DNA of 40,157 bases, from assembly GCA_041649655.1 (NCBI GenBank), contig JBAZMO010000002.1, forward strand, positions 1 to 40,157, written 5' to 3'. Positions 18,728 to 27,736 of the stretch are shown here, piece after piece. This DNA is from Patescibacteria group bacterium (GTDB lineage Bacteria; Patescibacteriota; Patescibacteriia; 2-01-FULL-39-33). The notes beneath the pieces are model-generated. The model searched no databases and was not told where the DNA came from. It saw nothing but the letters and a program-made list of their open reading frames with translations. Position numbers and translations under genes: made by a program. Each line of letters starts with the position of its first letter. Positions within the stretch are counted from its first letter, which is position 1.

Positions 18728-19924
18728 ATGGTTAAGAATCGTTTGGATCCAGTTTTACGGGCGCAGGAGTTGCATCAATTATTGAACCGTGGCGGTTTTG
18801 GCCAGCGAGAAATTTTAGTGGCGGATTTTTCTGAGACCTTGCAGGGCAAAGATACTTCTCGAGTAATTGATTTGATGTCCAATCATGATCATCGTTTTTT
18901 GTTTCGGGTTAAATTTAATGCTAAGGATGTCGATCCGTTAGCTGCCGAGGAGTATGGCAAGGATTTTGTGGATATCCGCGAGTTGTCTGATGAGCAGATT
19001 CAAGAGCATCTGAAGCGGCAGGAATTTGATTTCGCTCTTTGGTTCAAGCATGTGCCTGGGTTTTCTTTCGGGCGCATCTTGGATTATAACGTGCCATTTA
19101 TTGTTCAAGTAGCCGGCTGTAATTTTCACGATGGTTCTCCGACAGGCGGGTGTCGGTTTTGCTTTGTTGATAATGAATCTAATGATGGAATTGACGGGCC
19201 TAAGAAGGTTTGGTTATCGGTAAATGATTGTTTGGATAGTTTTTTGGCGGCGAGAGAGAAAGTCAAAAAACATTATCTGGATAAAACCGGGCAAGAAGTG
19301 ATGTTGCGCGTTTTGCGTATTTCCGGCGGCGAGCCGACGTTAGTCATAGATTGGATTGAGGAATTATGGCAGGAAATCGAGCGGCGGGGCTTGCTCTGCA
19401 ATATTTGCGGGCAAGTTGACACCAATCTGTCCACGGGCAGTTTGCTGTCCAAGAAACAATTGGCGCGTTTGGCTCGTTATCCGATCAAGTTTTTGGCTGG
19501 TATGAAGGGTTGCGACAGCGGGAATATTGCTGGTAATGTCCAAGCGATTCAGACCTTAACCGCTCAAATGAAGGCCTTGCGAGATTTAGTGGATTGCGGG
19601 TTGGATGTTTATCCCCAGTTGTATAGCCCCAACCCCGATAGTTTGCGTGATTTATTGGAAATGACTGATGCTTTTTGTGTTAAGAACTTCTCACTTCGTT
19701 TGCACATCGGGCCATTGAAGTTGTATGGCCCTAATCGTCTTCGGCTGGAATTAGAAGCTGAAGAGGAACATTGGGATGCCGATACTTATATAGAAGATGA
19801 AATTTCTTTTTGGGAAGATAATTATAAGGCGGCAATTGCGGTTTTGGATGATTATTTGTCTGGTGTTTATGGTTGCCGTTATAAAGATACTGTCAGATCA
19901 GATGTTAGGTTAGTAGCACTTTAA
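18728..19924 (+). CDS. radical-SAM-like enzyme with non-canonical CX11CX2C motif and ~140-aa N-terminal extension
   Basis: AAGGAGG SD precedes the ATG at 18728; the track start at 18647 is non-ATG with no SD. Motifs VAGCNFHDGSPTGGCRFCFVDN, SAM-binding ISGGEPTL, downstream VDTNLS. Confidence 0.6.
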   Translation: MVKNRLDPVLRAQELHQLLNRGGFGQREILVADFSETLQGKDTSRVIDLMSNHDHRFLFRVKFNAKDVDPLAAEEYGKDFVDIRELSDEQIQEHLKRQEFDFALWFKHVPGFSFGRILDYNVPFIVQVAGCNFHDGSPTGGCRFCFVDNESNDGIDGPKKVWLSVNDCLDSFLAAREKVKKHYLDKTGQEVMLRVLRISGGEPTLVIDWIEELWQEIERRGLLCNICGQVDTNLSTGSLLSKKQLARLARYPIKFLAGMKGCDSGNIAGNVQAIQTLTAQMKALRDLVDCGLDVYPQLYSPNPDSLRDLLEMTDAFCVKNFSLRLHIGPLKLYGPNRLRLELEAEEEHWDADTYIEDEISFWEDNYKAAIAVLDDYLSGVYGCRYKDTVRSDVRLVAL

Positions 19925-19935
19925 GATTAATTCAT

Positions 19936-19964
19936 GCCGCGATCCGCAAGGGTTGCGGCTTTTT
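19936..19964 (+). terminator. intrinsic terminator
   Basis: Stem gccgcga/ttgcggc followed by TTTTTC. Confidence 0.65.
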
Positions 19965-20073
19965 CATTCATTTGCATTTAAAATCTGATTTTGTTATAAT
20001 ATATTAGAAAGTTCTCATCAATATCGTCATCCCGAGCGTATAATTGTTAGATTATTAAGCCGAGGGATATCCA

Positions 20074-20394
20074 TTGGAAACACTAAATATGACTGATTTA
20101 AATAAAATTCAAGAGCAAATCAAACCTATTCTGCAAGAGTATAATGTTGGCTATTGCGGAGTTTTTGGCTCATTTGCTCGCGGCGATGAAAGGCCTAACA
20201 GTGATTTGGATTTGCTGGTGGAGTTTACTAAGCCCATCGGTTTATTCGATTTAGTCGGTATGGAGCAGGAGTTGACGGAAAAATTGGGAAGGAAAGTGGA
20301 TGTGTTGACTGTCGGCACTGATTTTAATCCAATTTTTAAAAAACATATGGAAAAAGATCTAAAACATATTTATGGACCAGCTCGAACGCGATGA
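20074..20394 (+). CDS. minimal nucleotidyltransferase (MNT/MntA-type antitoxin)
   Basis: GVFGSFARGDERPNSDLDLLVEF (GSxxRG...DxD) motif. TTG start at 20074 or ATG at 20089. Confidence 0.85.
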   Translation: METLNMTDLNKIQEQIKPILQEYNVGYCGVFGSFARGDERPNSDLDLLVEFTKPIGLFDLVGMEQELTEKLGRKVDVLTVGTDFNPIFKKHMEKDLKHIYGPARTR

Positions 20395-20722
20395 GTTATA
20401 CATTAGCCATATTCTGATTGCCGCAGAACATGTCGGGCAATTTATTATTGATGTCACTTATGAAAAATATTTGAAGGATCTGATGCTTCAGAATGCTTTA
20501 GTCAAGGAATTGGAAGTAATTGGCGAGGCAGCCAGGCGTCTGTCGGCTGACTTTATAATAAAGAATGATAAGATTGATTGGAAACAAATTATCGGCATGC
20601 GTCATAAGTTAGTGCATGATTATTTTGAAATCAATCTGAAAGAAGTTTGGGACACAGCTAATAATGATGTGCCGAAATTAAAGAAGGCATTAGGTAAAAT
20701 TAATACAGGGGGTAACTTGTAA
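20372..20722 (+). CDS. HEPN/DUF86 (HepT-type toxin)
   Basis: Overlaps the MNT gene by 23 nt. R-x4-H motif in GMRHKLVHDY. Confidence 0.85.
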   Translation: MDQLERDELYISHILIAAEHVGQFIIDVTYEKYLKDLMLQNALVKELEVIGEAARRLSADFIIKNDKIDWKQIIGMRHKLVHDYFEINLKEVWDTANNDVPKLKKALGKINTGGNL

Positions 20723-20731
20723 ACAAAATAT

Positions 20732-22186
20732 ATGGAACGAACAATGATCAAGGAGGTGATTGGCCAGGCAGGACAAACCGTAACCGTCAAGGGTTGGGTG
20801 CAGACGCGCCGCGACCACGGCAAGTTGATTTTCATCGATGTCCGCGATCGCAGCGGGCTTCTGCAAGTCGTTTTTATTCCGTCCAATAAAGAAGCGCATG
20901 AAATCGCTCAAAAATTGCGCAGCGAGTTCGTGGTGGCGATTACAGGCCAGATTAATGAACGGCCGGCCAATATGGTTAATGACAAGATCCCGACTGGCGG
21001 CGTGGAAATGCTCGCGACGGGTTTGGAAATCATCAATGAGGCCAAGACCCCACCGTTTGAGATCGATCAAGACACTTTTGCCGTCAATGAGGACTTGCGT
21101 CTGAGATACCGCTATTTGGATTTGCGCACCCCGCGCATGACCAATAATATCATGATGCGCCACAAATTGAACAAGTTTTTCCGCGATTATCTCGATAACA
21201 AGGGATTTTTGGAGATTGAAACTCCGATTTTGACTAAGGGTACGCCGGAAGGAGCCAGGGAATACTTGGTGCCGTCGCGTTTGTGGCCGGGCAAATTCTA
21301 TGTTTTGCCGCAATCGCCCCAGCAATTCAAGCAATTGCTCATGGTCGCGGGGCAGGAAAAATATTTTCAAATCAGCCGCTGTTTCCGCGATGAAGATCAG
21401 CGCGGCGATCGCCAGCCGGAATTCACTCAACTCGACATCGAGATGAGTTTTGTTGAACAGGAAGATGTTTTAAGCTTGATTGAAGAAATGATGATTAATA
21501 TGGTGGAAACGCTTTATCCGGGCAAAAAACTGACCGCCAAGCCGTTTCCTCGCCTGCCGTTTGCCGAATCTATGGAAAAATACGGCAATGACAAACCTGA
21601 TTTGCGCGCGGACAAGAATGACAAGGACGAACTGGCTTTTTGTTGGATAATTGACGCTCCGATGTTCAAATACAGCGAGACCGAGAAGAAATTAGTCGCT
21701 CAACATCATCCCTTTTGCATGCCTCAGAAGGAGGATTTGGAAAAATATCCAGACGAGCCGCTGAAATGGAAGGCCTACAGCTATGATTTGGTTTTAAACG
21801 GTTTCGAATTGGCCTCGGGCTCGATCAGGATCCATTTGGCCGATGTTCAACAGAGGATTTTTGAGTTGTTGGGCGTTGGCGAGCAGGAAATCAAAGAGCG
21901 GTTCGGCCACATGCTGGAAGCGTTCGAATTCGGCGCGCCGCCGCACGGCGGCATTGCCCCCGGCATTGACCGCCTGATTGCGTTATTGCAAAATGAGCCT
22001 AACATCAGGGAAATTATCGCTTTTCCCAAAACAGGAGACGCCAGGGATCCGATGATGGACGCCCCGAGTTACACTTCTTTGAAGGCCTTGCGCGAGGCCA
22101 ATATCCGTCTGCCGGAAAAGTTGGAAGCCGAGGCCAAAGCCAAAGGCATCAATTTGTACGGCGAGCAGACCCAGACAGCGGACTAG
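20732..22186 (+). CDS. aspS: aspartyl-tRNA synthetase, bacterial type without GAD insertion
   Basis: OB-fold N-terminus and class II motifs (FRDEDQRGDRQPEFTQLDIEMSF; GGIAPGIDRL). 484 aa, against roughly 590 typical for bacteria. Confidence 0.9.
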   Translation: MERTMIKEVIGQAGQTVTVKGWVQTRRDHGKLIFIDVRDRSGLLQVVFIPSNKEAHEIAQKLRSEFVVAITGQINERPANMVNDKIPTGGVEMLATGLEIINEAKTPPFEIDQDTFAVNEDLRLRYRYLDLRTPRMTNNIMMRHKLNKFFRDYLDNKGFLEIETPILTKGTPEGAREYLVPSRLWPGKFYVLPQSPQQFKQLLMVAGQEKYFQISRCFRDEDQRGDRQPEFTQLDIEMSFVEQEDVLSLIEEMMINMVETLYPGKKLTAKPFPRLPFAESMEKYGNDKPDLRADKNDKDELAFCWIIDAPMFKYSETEKKLVAQHHPFCMPQKEDLEKYPDEPLKWKAYSYDLVLNGFELASGSIRIHLADVQQRIFELLGVGEQEIKERFGHMLEAFEFGAPPHGGIAPGIDRLIALLQNEPNIREIIAFPKTGDARDPMMDAPSYTSLKALREANIRLPEKLEAEAKAKGINLYGEQTQTAD

Positions 22187-22315
22187 AATTGGTTTATAAA
22201 GTTAGAAAGTTTGTAAAGTTTATAAAGTAACTTCCTAATTGATAATTACGAATAATAATAATCTCAATAACTCTGCCCGCTTCGGCTAGAATCGAGGCGA
22301 GGAAGGTGGCGAACT

Positions 22316-22984
22316 ATGAAAAAATTAACTTTGGAGGAAGTTAAAAACAATCCATTCATCGATGATTTCATCCTGCAGACGGAAATATATTTGAAAGCGC
22401 TGGGTTTTACCGATCACGGCTATCGGCATGTCAATATCGTCGCCGATCGCTGCCAGCTGCTGGCGCGCCAATTAAAATTAAGCCAGCGCGAGATCGACTT
22501 GGCGGGCATTGCCGGCTATTGCCATGATATGGGCAATTTTTTGGGCCGCACCCAGCATCATTATTGGGCGGCCATGCTGTTTTCCCAGATTTTCATTCCC
22601 CAGTGCGAACCGCGGGATATCTCGCGGATCGCTCAAGCCATCGTTTCTCACGATAAGGATGAAGTCAAGATCGTTGACAAGATTTCCGCTATCCTGATTT
22701 TGGCCGACAAGTCCGATGTGCATCGCGATCGAGTCATTCGCCGGGATTTTAAGGGGATCAAGGGCGATATCCATGACCGCGTCAATTACGCCGCTACCAG
22801 CAACACTTTGAAAGTCAATAATTTGCGGCGGCAGGTAATTTTAAAAATTGCGATCGATACCAAAGAATCCAATGCTATGGATTATTTTGAGATTTTTTCC
22901 GAACGCATGAGTTTTTGCCGCGTGGCCGCTGAATATCTGGGCTATAAATTCATCTTGATCATTAATAATTTTAAATTATCTTAA
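22316..22984 (+). CDS. HD-domain phosphohydrolase
   Basis: H...HD metal ligands (HGYRHVNIV, YCHDMGN, VSHDKD). GGAAGGTGG SD. Confidence 0.7.
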   Translation: MKKLTLEEVKNNPFIDDFILQTEIYLKALGFTDHGYRHVNIVADRCQLLARQLKLSQREIDLAGIAGYCHDMGNFLGRTQHHYWAAMLFSQIFIPQCEPRDISRIAQAIVSHDKDEVKIVDKISAILILADKSDVHRDRVIRRDFKGIKGDIHDRVNYAATSNTLKVNNLRRQVILKIAIDTKESNAMDYFEIFSERMSFCRVAAEYLGYKFILIINNFKLS

Positions 22985-22988
22985 CTTT

Positions 22989-23984
22989 ATGGAACAAAAA
23001 AAAGACCAGCCCCGCCAGGGGCAAGGAGCGTTAGACGCTTTTTTGAATCTATTATCACTGATTACGCTCGGCTGGCTGGCCGGAGCGATCGGCACGATAA
23101 TTTTTCAATTGATCAACCGGTATTTCGGGGGAATCGGCTATAGTTCAGCGTATTTTTCCGAGCCGGCCGTCAAATATGGCATTGCTTCGATCATCGTCAT
23201 TGCGCCGGTTTACTATGCGGCGCTTAATGTTCTGCATAATCGGTACAAACGGGGCGAATTGAATCACGCCGGCGGCATTTATCGCTGGCTGACTTATCTG
23301 ATGCTATTGGTCTCGGCCTTGACGATCATCGGTTCGTTCATCGCCTTGATTTCCGGTTTTTTGAATGGCGATTATACCGTCAATACGCTTTTGAAAATTT
23401 TGGCCGTAGCCGTTATCGCCGGTTTTATTTTCGGCTATTATCTGTTTGATTTGCGCCGCCGGGATTATTCCAAAATCAATCGCTGGTCGCTAGGCGTCGG
23501 CGTCGTCGTGGCGGTTTTGCTGGCCGCCGCCGTTATTGTCGGCTTTTTGAATGTGGAGACCCCCCAGACCGCCCGCTTGCGTCTGGCTGACAGCCGGGTT
23601 CAGCAGGCCTTGACGGCCCTTTCTTACTCGATTTCCAATGCTTATGTCGCCAGCGGCGAGTTGGCTGAGACGGTCAATCTGGCTGATTTTGTCACGCCGA
23701 GCCGGGAATATGATTTGATGGGCATCACTTATCGCAAAGTCAGCGATAAAGAGTTTCAGCTTTGCGTTAATTTTAATCTGGATTCGACCGATCCGGCGGT
23801 TAATGGCCAGTCCTATGTTGATCCGATGTATAAATGGGTGCGTTATCAGCGGGGCTATCAATGTTATACGATCAATGCCGCCAGCGAAATGGAGAAATAC
23901 AATAAAGCGGCCGTACCGGATATTCAGGGAGAAATTAATAAGGGTCCGAATCCGCCTGCGCCGACCGGCCAGCCGATTAATTAA
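22989..23984 (+). CDS. polytopic membrane protein with C-terminal extracytoplasmic domain (possibly DUF5671-like)
   Basis: About 5-6 hydrophobic helices in the first 190 aa, then a soluble Cys-containing tail. The family name comes from memory only. Confidence 0.5.
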   Translation: MEQKKDQPRQGQGALDAFLNLLSLITLGWLAGAIGTIIFQLINRYFGGIGYSSAYFSEPAVKYGIASIIVIAPVYYAALNVLHNRYKRGELNHAGGIYRWLTYLMLLVSALTIIGSFIALISGFLNGDYTVNTLLKILAVAVIAGFIFGYYLFDLRRRDYSKINRWSLGVGVVVAVLLAAAVIVGFLNVETPQTARLRLADSRVQQALTALSYSISNAYVASGELAETVNLADFVTPSREYDLMGITYRKVSDKEFQLCVNFNLDSTDPAVNGQSYVDPMYKWVRYQRGYQCYTINAASEMEKYNKAAVPDIQGEINKGPNPPAPTGQPIN

Positions 23985-24043
23985 TTAACAAGCGATATTT
24001 AATTTTCTTATTTTCTTAATTTTTAATCATTAACCCCGAATGT

Positions 24044-24712
24044 ATGTCCATACCGATTAAAGTCAAGAAGTATCTTGATAGCAAGGGAATCGATTATGAG
24101 GAGCTGGCTCATAAGACGGTCTATACCGCCTATGACGCGGCCAATACCCTGAAGAAAAAACTCAGCGAAATCGCCAAAACGATTTTGATTGAGGCGGATA
24201 AGACGCATGTCTTGGTGGTTTTGCCGGCCGACAAGAAAATTGACATGGCTAAATTAAAAAAGGCCTTGGGCGTCAAAAGCGTTAAGATTCCCGATGAAAA
24301 AGTGATGATTAAACTGCTTAAGATCAAGCCGGGAACACTGTCATCATTCGGCAAGCTTCATGATTTGGAACTTTTAGTCGATAAAGCGATGTTGGGCGCG
24401 AAAAAAGTCGTTGTTTCGACTGGCAGTTTTACCGACAGTGTTTTTATGAAAGCCAAGGATTTGGTCAGGATTGAAGAAGCCAAGCTGGCCGATATCGCTA
24501 TGAAAGGCGGCTATCAATTGCCGGCCAAGGTCAAGAAAGCTATGGCCAAGGTTAAAAAGCAAGTCAAGGCGAAAAAGGGCCGGACGACCAAGATCAAGCT
24601 GCCGAAATCAATCAAGAAAATCGGCAAGTCGGTCAAGAAATTGGCGAAGAAGCGTCCGCCGATTAGTGGAAAGAAAATTGTCAAAAAGAAAATTACCAAG
24701 AAGAAGAAATAA
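24044..24712 (+). CDS. YbaK/ProX-type aminoacyl-tRNA trans-editing deacylase with Lys-rich C-terminal tail
   Basis: YbaK-like core (AKTILIEADKTHVLVVLPADKKIDMAKLKKALG ... KPGTLSSFG) plus a ~60-aa KKxxK tail. Confidence 0.7.
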   Translation: MSIPIKVKKYLDSKGIDYEELAHKTVYTAYDAANTLKKKLSEIAKTILIEADKTHVLVVLPADKKIDMAKLKKALGVKSVKIPDEKVMIKLLKIKPGTLSSFGKLHDLELLVDKAMLGAKKVVVSTGSFTDSVFMKAKDLVRIEEAKLADIAMKGGYQLPAKVKKAMAKVKKQVKAKKGRTTKIKLPKSIKKIGKSVKKLAKKRPPISGKKIVKKKITKKKK

Positions 24713-24832
24713 TTTTTGAATTTTTAATTTTATAATTTTGTAAATAATTTATTAAGGTTTGAATTTTTAAACATTATAAATTAAGGCATTATTTAAAAAT
24801 TAAAAATTACAAAATTAAAAATTTTATCTGTA

Positions 24833-25528
24833 ATGCTGAATTACGCTTTAGAAAAATTTTCCGGCCCGCTCGATTTGTTGTTGAATCTGATCGAACAGCA
24901 GGAGCTGGATATTTCCCAGGTCGCGCTTGCCAAAGTGACTGATCAGTATTTGGCTTATTTGGAGGATCGGAATGATTTGCCGGCCGATGATTTGGCTGAT
25001 TTTCTGACTATTGCTACGAAGCTGCTGGTAATCAAGTCCAAGCTTTTATTGCCGGAAATGGCCGATGAGGAAGAAGATAGCGCTGAACAATTGGAGGCCC
25101 AATTGAAGATGTATAAGGAGTATTTGGAGGCGGCGAAGAAAGTTGAGGCCTTGCTGGCCGAGAATAAGCGGTTTTTTACGCGTGAGCGCCTGCCTTTGGA
25201 TTATCGGCCGAAGTTTTCTCCGCCGGCCGGTTTTGAACCGGCTGATTTGGCTGTGATTTTTGCGGAGATTTTGAAACGCATCGAGTATATCACCCAATTG
25301 CCGGAAAAAATCATGGAACGGGTGATGAGTTTGAAGGAGATGGTGGATGGCATCCGTTCGGCGCTGGCCGCGGCGCAAAAAATGAGTTTTCGAGAAGTGA
25401 CGGCTCAGGCCAAGTCCAAAGCTGAAATCGTCGTTTGTTTTATGGCGCTCTTGGAACTAATCAAGTCCGGCGAAGCGGCCGTCAATCAAGCAGGGATTTT
25501 CGATGAGATCGAAGTGGAGCGTGTGTAG
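24833..25528 (+). CDS. scpA: segregation and condensation protein A
   Basis: FSGPLDLLLNLIEQQELDISQVALAKVTDQYLAYL N-terminus. 231 aa. Confidence 0.88.
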   Translation: MLNYALEKFSGPLDLLLNLIEQQELDISQVALAKVTDQYLAYLEDRNDLPADDLADFLTIATKLLVIKSKLLLPEMADEEEDSAEQLEAQLKMYKEYLEAAKKVEALLAENKRFFTRERLPLDYRPKFSPPAGFEPADLAVIFAEILKRIEYITQLPEKIMERVMSLKEMVDGIRSALAAAQKMSFREVTAQAKSKAEIVVCFMALLELIKSGEAAVNQAGIFDEIEVERV

Positions 25529-25545
25529 TAAGCAACATACTTAAG

Positions 25546-25665
25546 TGTCATTCCGACCGCAGCGAAGCGGAGTGGAGGAATCCCTTGAATTTATTATTTT
25601 AATTTAATTTAATACAAGGGATCCCTCCACTACATCCGGAGTACCGGATTCCGGTCGGGATGACA
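25546..25665. repeat. 120-bp palindromic REP/MITE-like element between scpA and scpB
   Basis: Outer arms TGTCATTCCGACCG / CGGTCGGGATGACA, inner arms GTGGAGGAATCCCTTG / CAAGGGATCCCTCCAC, around an AT-rich centre. Confidence 0.8.
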
Positions 25666-25706
25666 ACGAATAATAGATAATAATTATGAATTAAGAATTA
25701 AGAATT

Positions 25707-26270
25707 ATGGCTGAGGACAATAATGAAATTAAAAATAAAATAGAATCTCTATTATTTATTTCCCATAAACCTCTGGCGGTTTCAGAATTGGCTAAGCTGA
25801 CGGAAATGGATAAGCCAGCCGTAGAAAATGCGCTGATGGAATTGAGTCTCGAGTATAAACAGAAAAACGGCGGTATTGAATTGTTGCAGTTGGCTGATAA
25901 ATATCAATTCGCGACTGCGGCTGCCAATGCCGATCTGGTCGGCCAGTTTTTAAATACGGAGGTTAGCGGCGAACTGACTCGCCCCTCTCTGGAAGCTCTG
26001 ACGATCATCGCTTACCGCGGCCCGGTCTCTAAGGCCGAATTGGAGCTGATCCGCGGCGTCAATTGCTCGCTGATTTTGAGGAATCTGCTGATGCGCGGCT
26101 TGATTGAGGCGACAGAAGATCAAGTCAGGGCGACGACGGTTTATTCCATCACTTTTGAATTTTTGAAATATTTGGGTTTGGCGAATGTTTCCCAATTGCC
26201 GGATTTTGAACGACTCAACCGTAATAATAATCTTGATAAATTGTTAGCGGGATTAAAAATTGAAAATTAA
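25707..26270 (+). CDS. scpB: segregation and condensation protein B
   Basis: IESLLFISHKPLAVSELAKL winged-helix N-terminus. Follows scpA. Confidence 0.88.
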   Translation: MAEDNNEIKNKIESLLFISHKPLAVSELAKLTEMDKPAVENALMELSLEYKQKNGGIELLQLADKYQFATAAANADLVGQFLNTEVSGELTRPSLEALTIIAYRGPVSKAELELIRGVNCSLILRNLLMRGLIEATEDQVRATTVYSITFEFLKYLGLANVSQLPDFERLNRNNNLDKLLAGLKIEN

Positions 26271-26299
26271 AAATTAATATTCATCAATAAATATTTATC

Positions 26300-27223
26300 A
26301 TGTTCGACGTTATTCTAAATCTGATCGCGGCCTCGATTTTTTTGCGGGTTTCGGCGGTCAGTCCGGCCGGCCTTAACCTGCCGGCTAACACTCTGCCCTT
26401 GGCCGAGAAAAAAATCGAAGCCAGGCTGCCAGAACGCGACCGGGCCGGCGAAAGCTTGGGCGTCCAAGTGACGGCCCGAAGCTTCATTGTCGTCGAACCG
26501 GAAAGCGGCTCGGTCTTGTATGAAAAGAATTCTCAAGATCCGCGCGCCATTGCTTCCATTACCAAATTGATGACCGCTTTGGTGTTTTTGGATCGCGCGC
26601 CCGATTGGACCAAACCGGTAACCATGATGCCGGAGGACTTTCGAGATGGAGCCCAGCCCAGCTTGCTTATCGGCGATCAAGTGACGGTCAAGGACTTGTT
26701 TTATGCCATGATGGTGGCCTCAAGCAATGAAGCGGCTAATGCCCTGGCCCGCTCGACCGGTTTATCTCCAGTAGATTTTATCGATCAAATGAATCTGCAC
26801 GCTCGGCTGTTGCGCATGGACGATTCGCAGTTTGTCGAACCGACCGGTTTGTCGGCCGGCAATCAAGCTTCGGCGGAGGATGTCATTAAATTGATCAAAG
26901 TGGCCTTTTCCCATTCGGAGATGCGCCAAGCCGGCGCTTCCAAGAATTACACCGTCCAGATTTTGAATAAGAAATTGTCGCGGCGGCTGGAGAGCACTGA
27001 TAAAATTTTGAAACAGGATTTCGGCATCGGCGATAACGGCTATAAGATCGAGCTGGGCAAAACCGGCTTCATTAATGCCGCCGGCTATTGTTTCGCCAGC
27101 CAAGTCAGGGATGACCAAAATCGCCAATTATTAATTGCCGTGCTCGGCAGCTCCTCGACCTACGATCGCTTTACAGATACGAAATCGCTGGCCTATTGGG
27201 TTTTTAATAATTATAAGTGGTAG
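26300..27223 (+). CDS. D-alanyl-D-alanine carboxypeptidase (S11, PBP5/6-like)
   Basis: SITK (SxxK), SSN (SxN) and KTGF (KTG) motifs. N-terminal signal/anchor. Confidence 0.85.
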   Translation: MFDVILNLIAASIFLRVSAVSPAGLNLPANTLPLAEKKIEARLPERDRAGESLGVQVTARSFIVVEPESGSVLYEKNSQDPRAIASITKLMTALVFLDRAPDWTKPVTMMPEDFRDGAQPSLLIGDQVTVKDLFYAMMVASSNEAANALARSTGLSPVDFIDQMNLHARLLRMDDSQFVEPTGLSAGNQASAEDVIKLIKVAFSHSEMRQAGASKNYTVQILNKKLSRRLESTDKILKQDFGIGDNGYKIELGKTGFINAAGYCFASQVRDDQNRQLLIAVLGSSSTYDRFTDTKSLAYWVFNNYKW

Positions 27224-27732
27224 CGGTTATGGTTGATTTCTTTATTAATTCATTAGCCGGCATTCCGGCGGCCTGGGCGGTGCTGTTGATCGCCATGATT
27301 CCTATTGTCGAATTGCGCGGCGCTTTGCCGGTGGCTTTGACTTATTACAAGTTGAATCTGGCCCATGCTTATTTTTTGTCAGTAGCGGGAAATATTTTGC
27401 CGGTGATTTTTATTTTGCTGTATATTGGGCCGGTTTCTGATTGGCTGAGAAAAAATAATAAATTAATGGAAAGATTTTTTGCTTGGTTATTTAAGCGCAC
27501 CAGGCATAAAGTCGCCAGTCAATATGAAAAATACGGTTTGGCGGCTTTAGCGATTTTTGTGGCGATTCCCTTGCCAATGACCGGCGCCTGGACTGGCGCT
27601 TTGGCGGCTTGGCTATTTGGCGTGGATAATAAGAGAGGATTTATAGCGATACTCGCGGGGGTGGCACTCGCGGGAGTAATCGTTGCTTTGGCAACTACGG
27701 GCGTAGTGGGGTTTTTAAATTTTTTGCTTTAA
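27217..27732 (+). CDS. small membrane protein (putative small multidrug-export family, COG2426-like)
   Basis: 4 TM segments with a VELRGALPVAL motif. GTG at 27217 overlaps the dac stop; alternative ATG at 27229. Confidence 0.55.
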   Translation: MVAVMVDFFINSLAGIPAAWAVLLIAMIPIVELRGALPVALTYYKLNLAHAYFLSVAGNILPVIFILLYIGPVSDWLRKNNKLMERFFAWLFKRTRHKVASQYEKYGLAALAIFVAIPLPMTGAWTGALAAWLFGVDNKRGFIAILAGVALAGVIVALATTGVVGFLNFLL

Positions 27733-27736
27733 CTTT

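Noticed and set aside
20690-21430. 246-aa minus-strand ORF
   Set aside because: It is antisense to aspS and the HEPN gene end. It is a shadow ORF.
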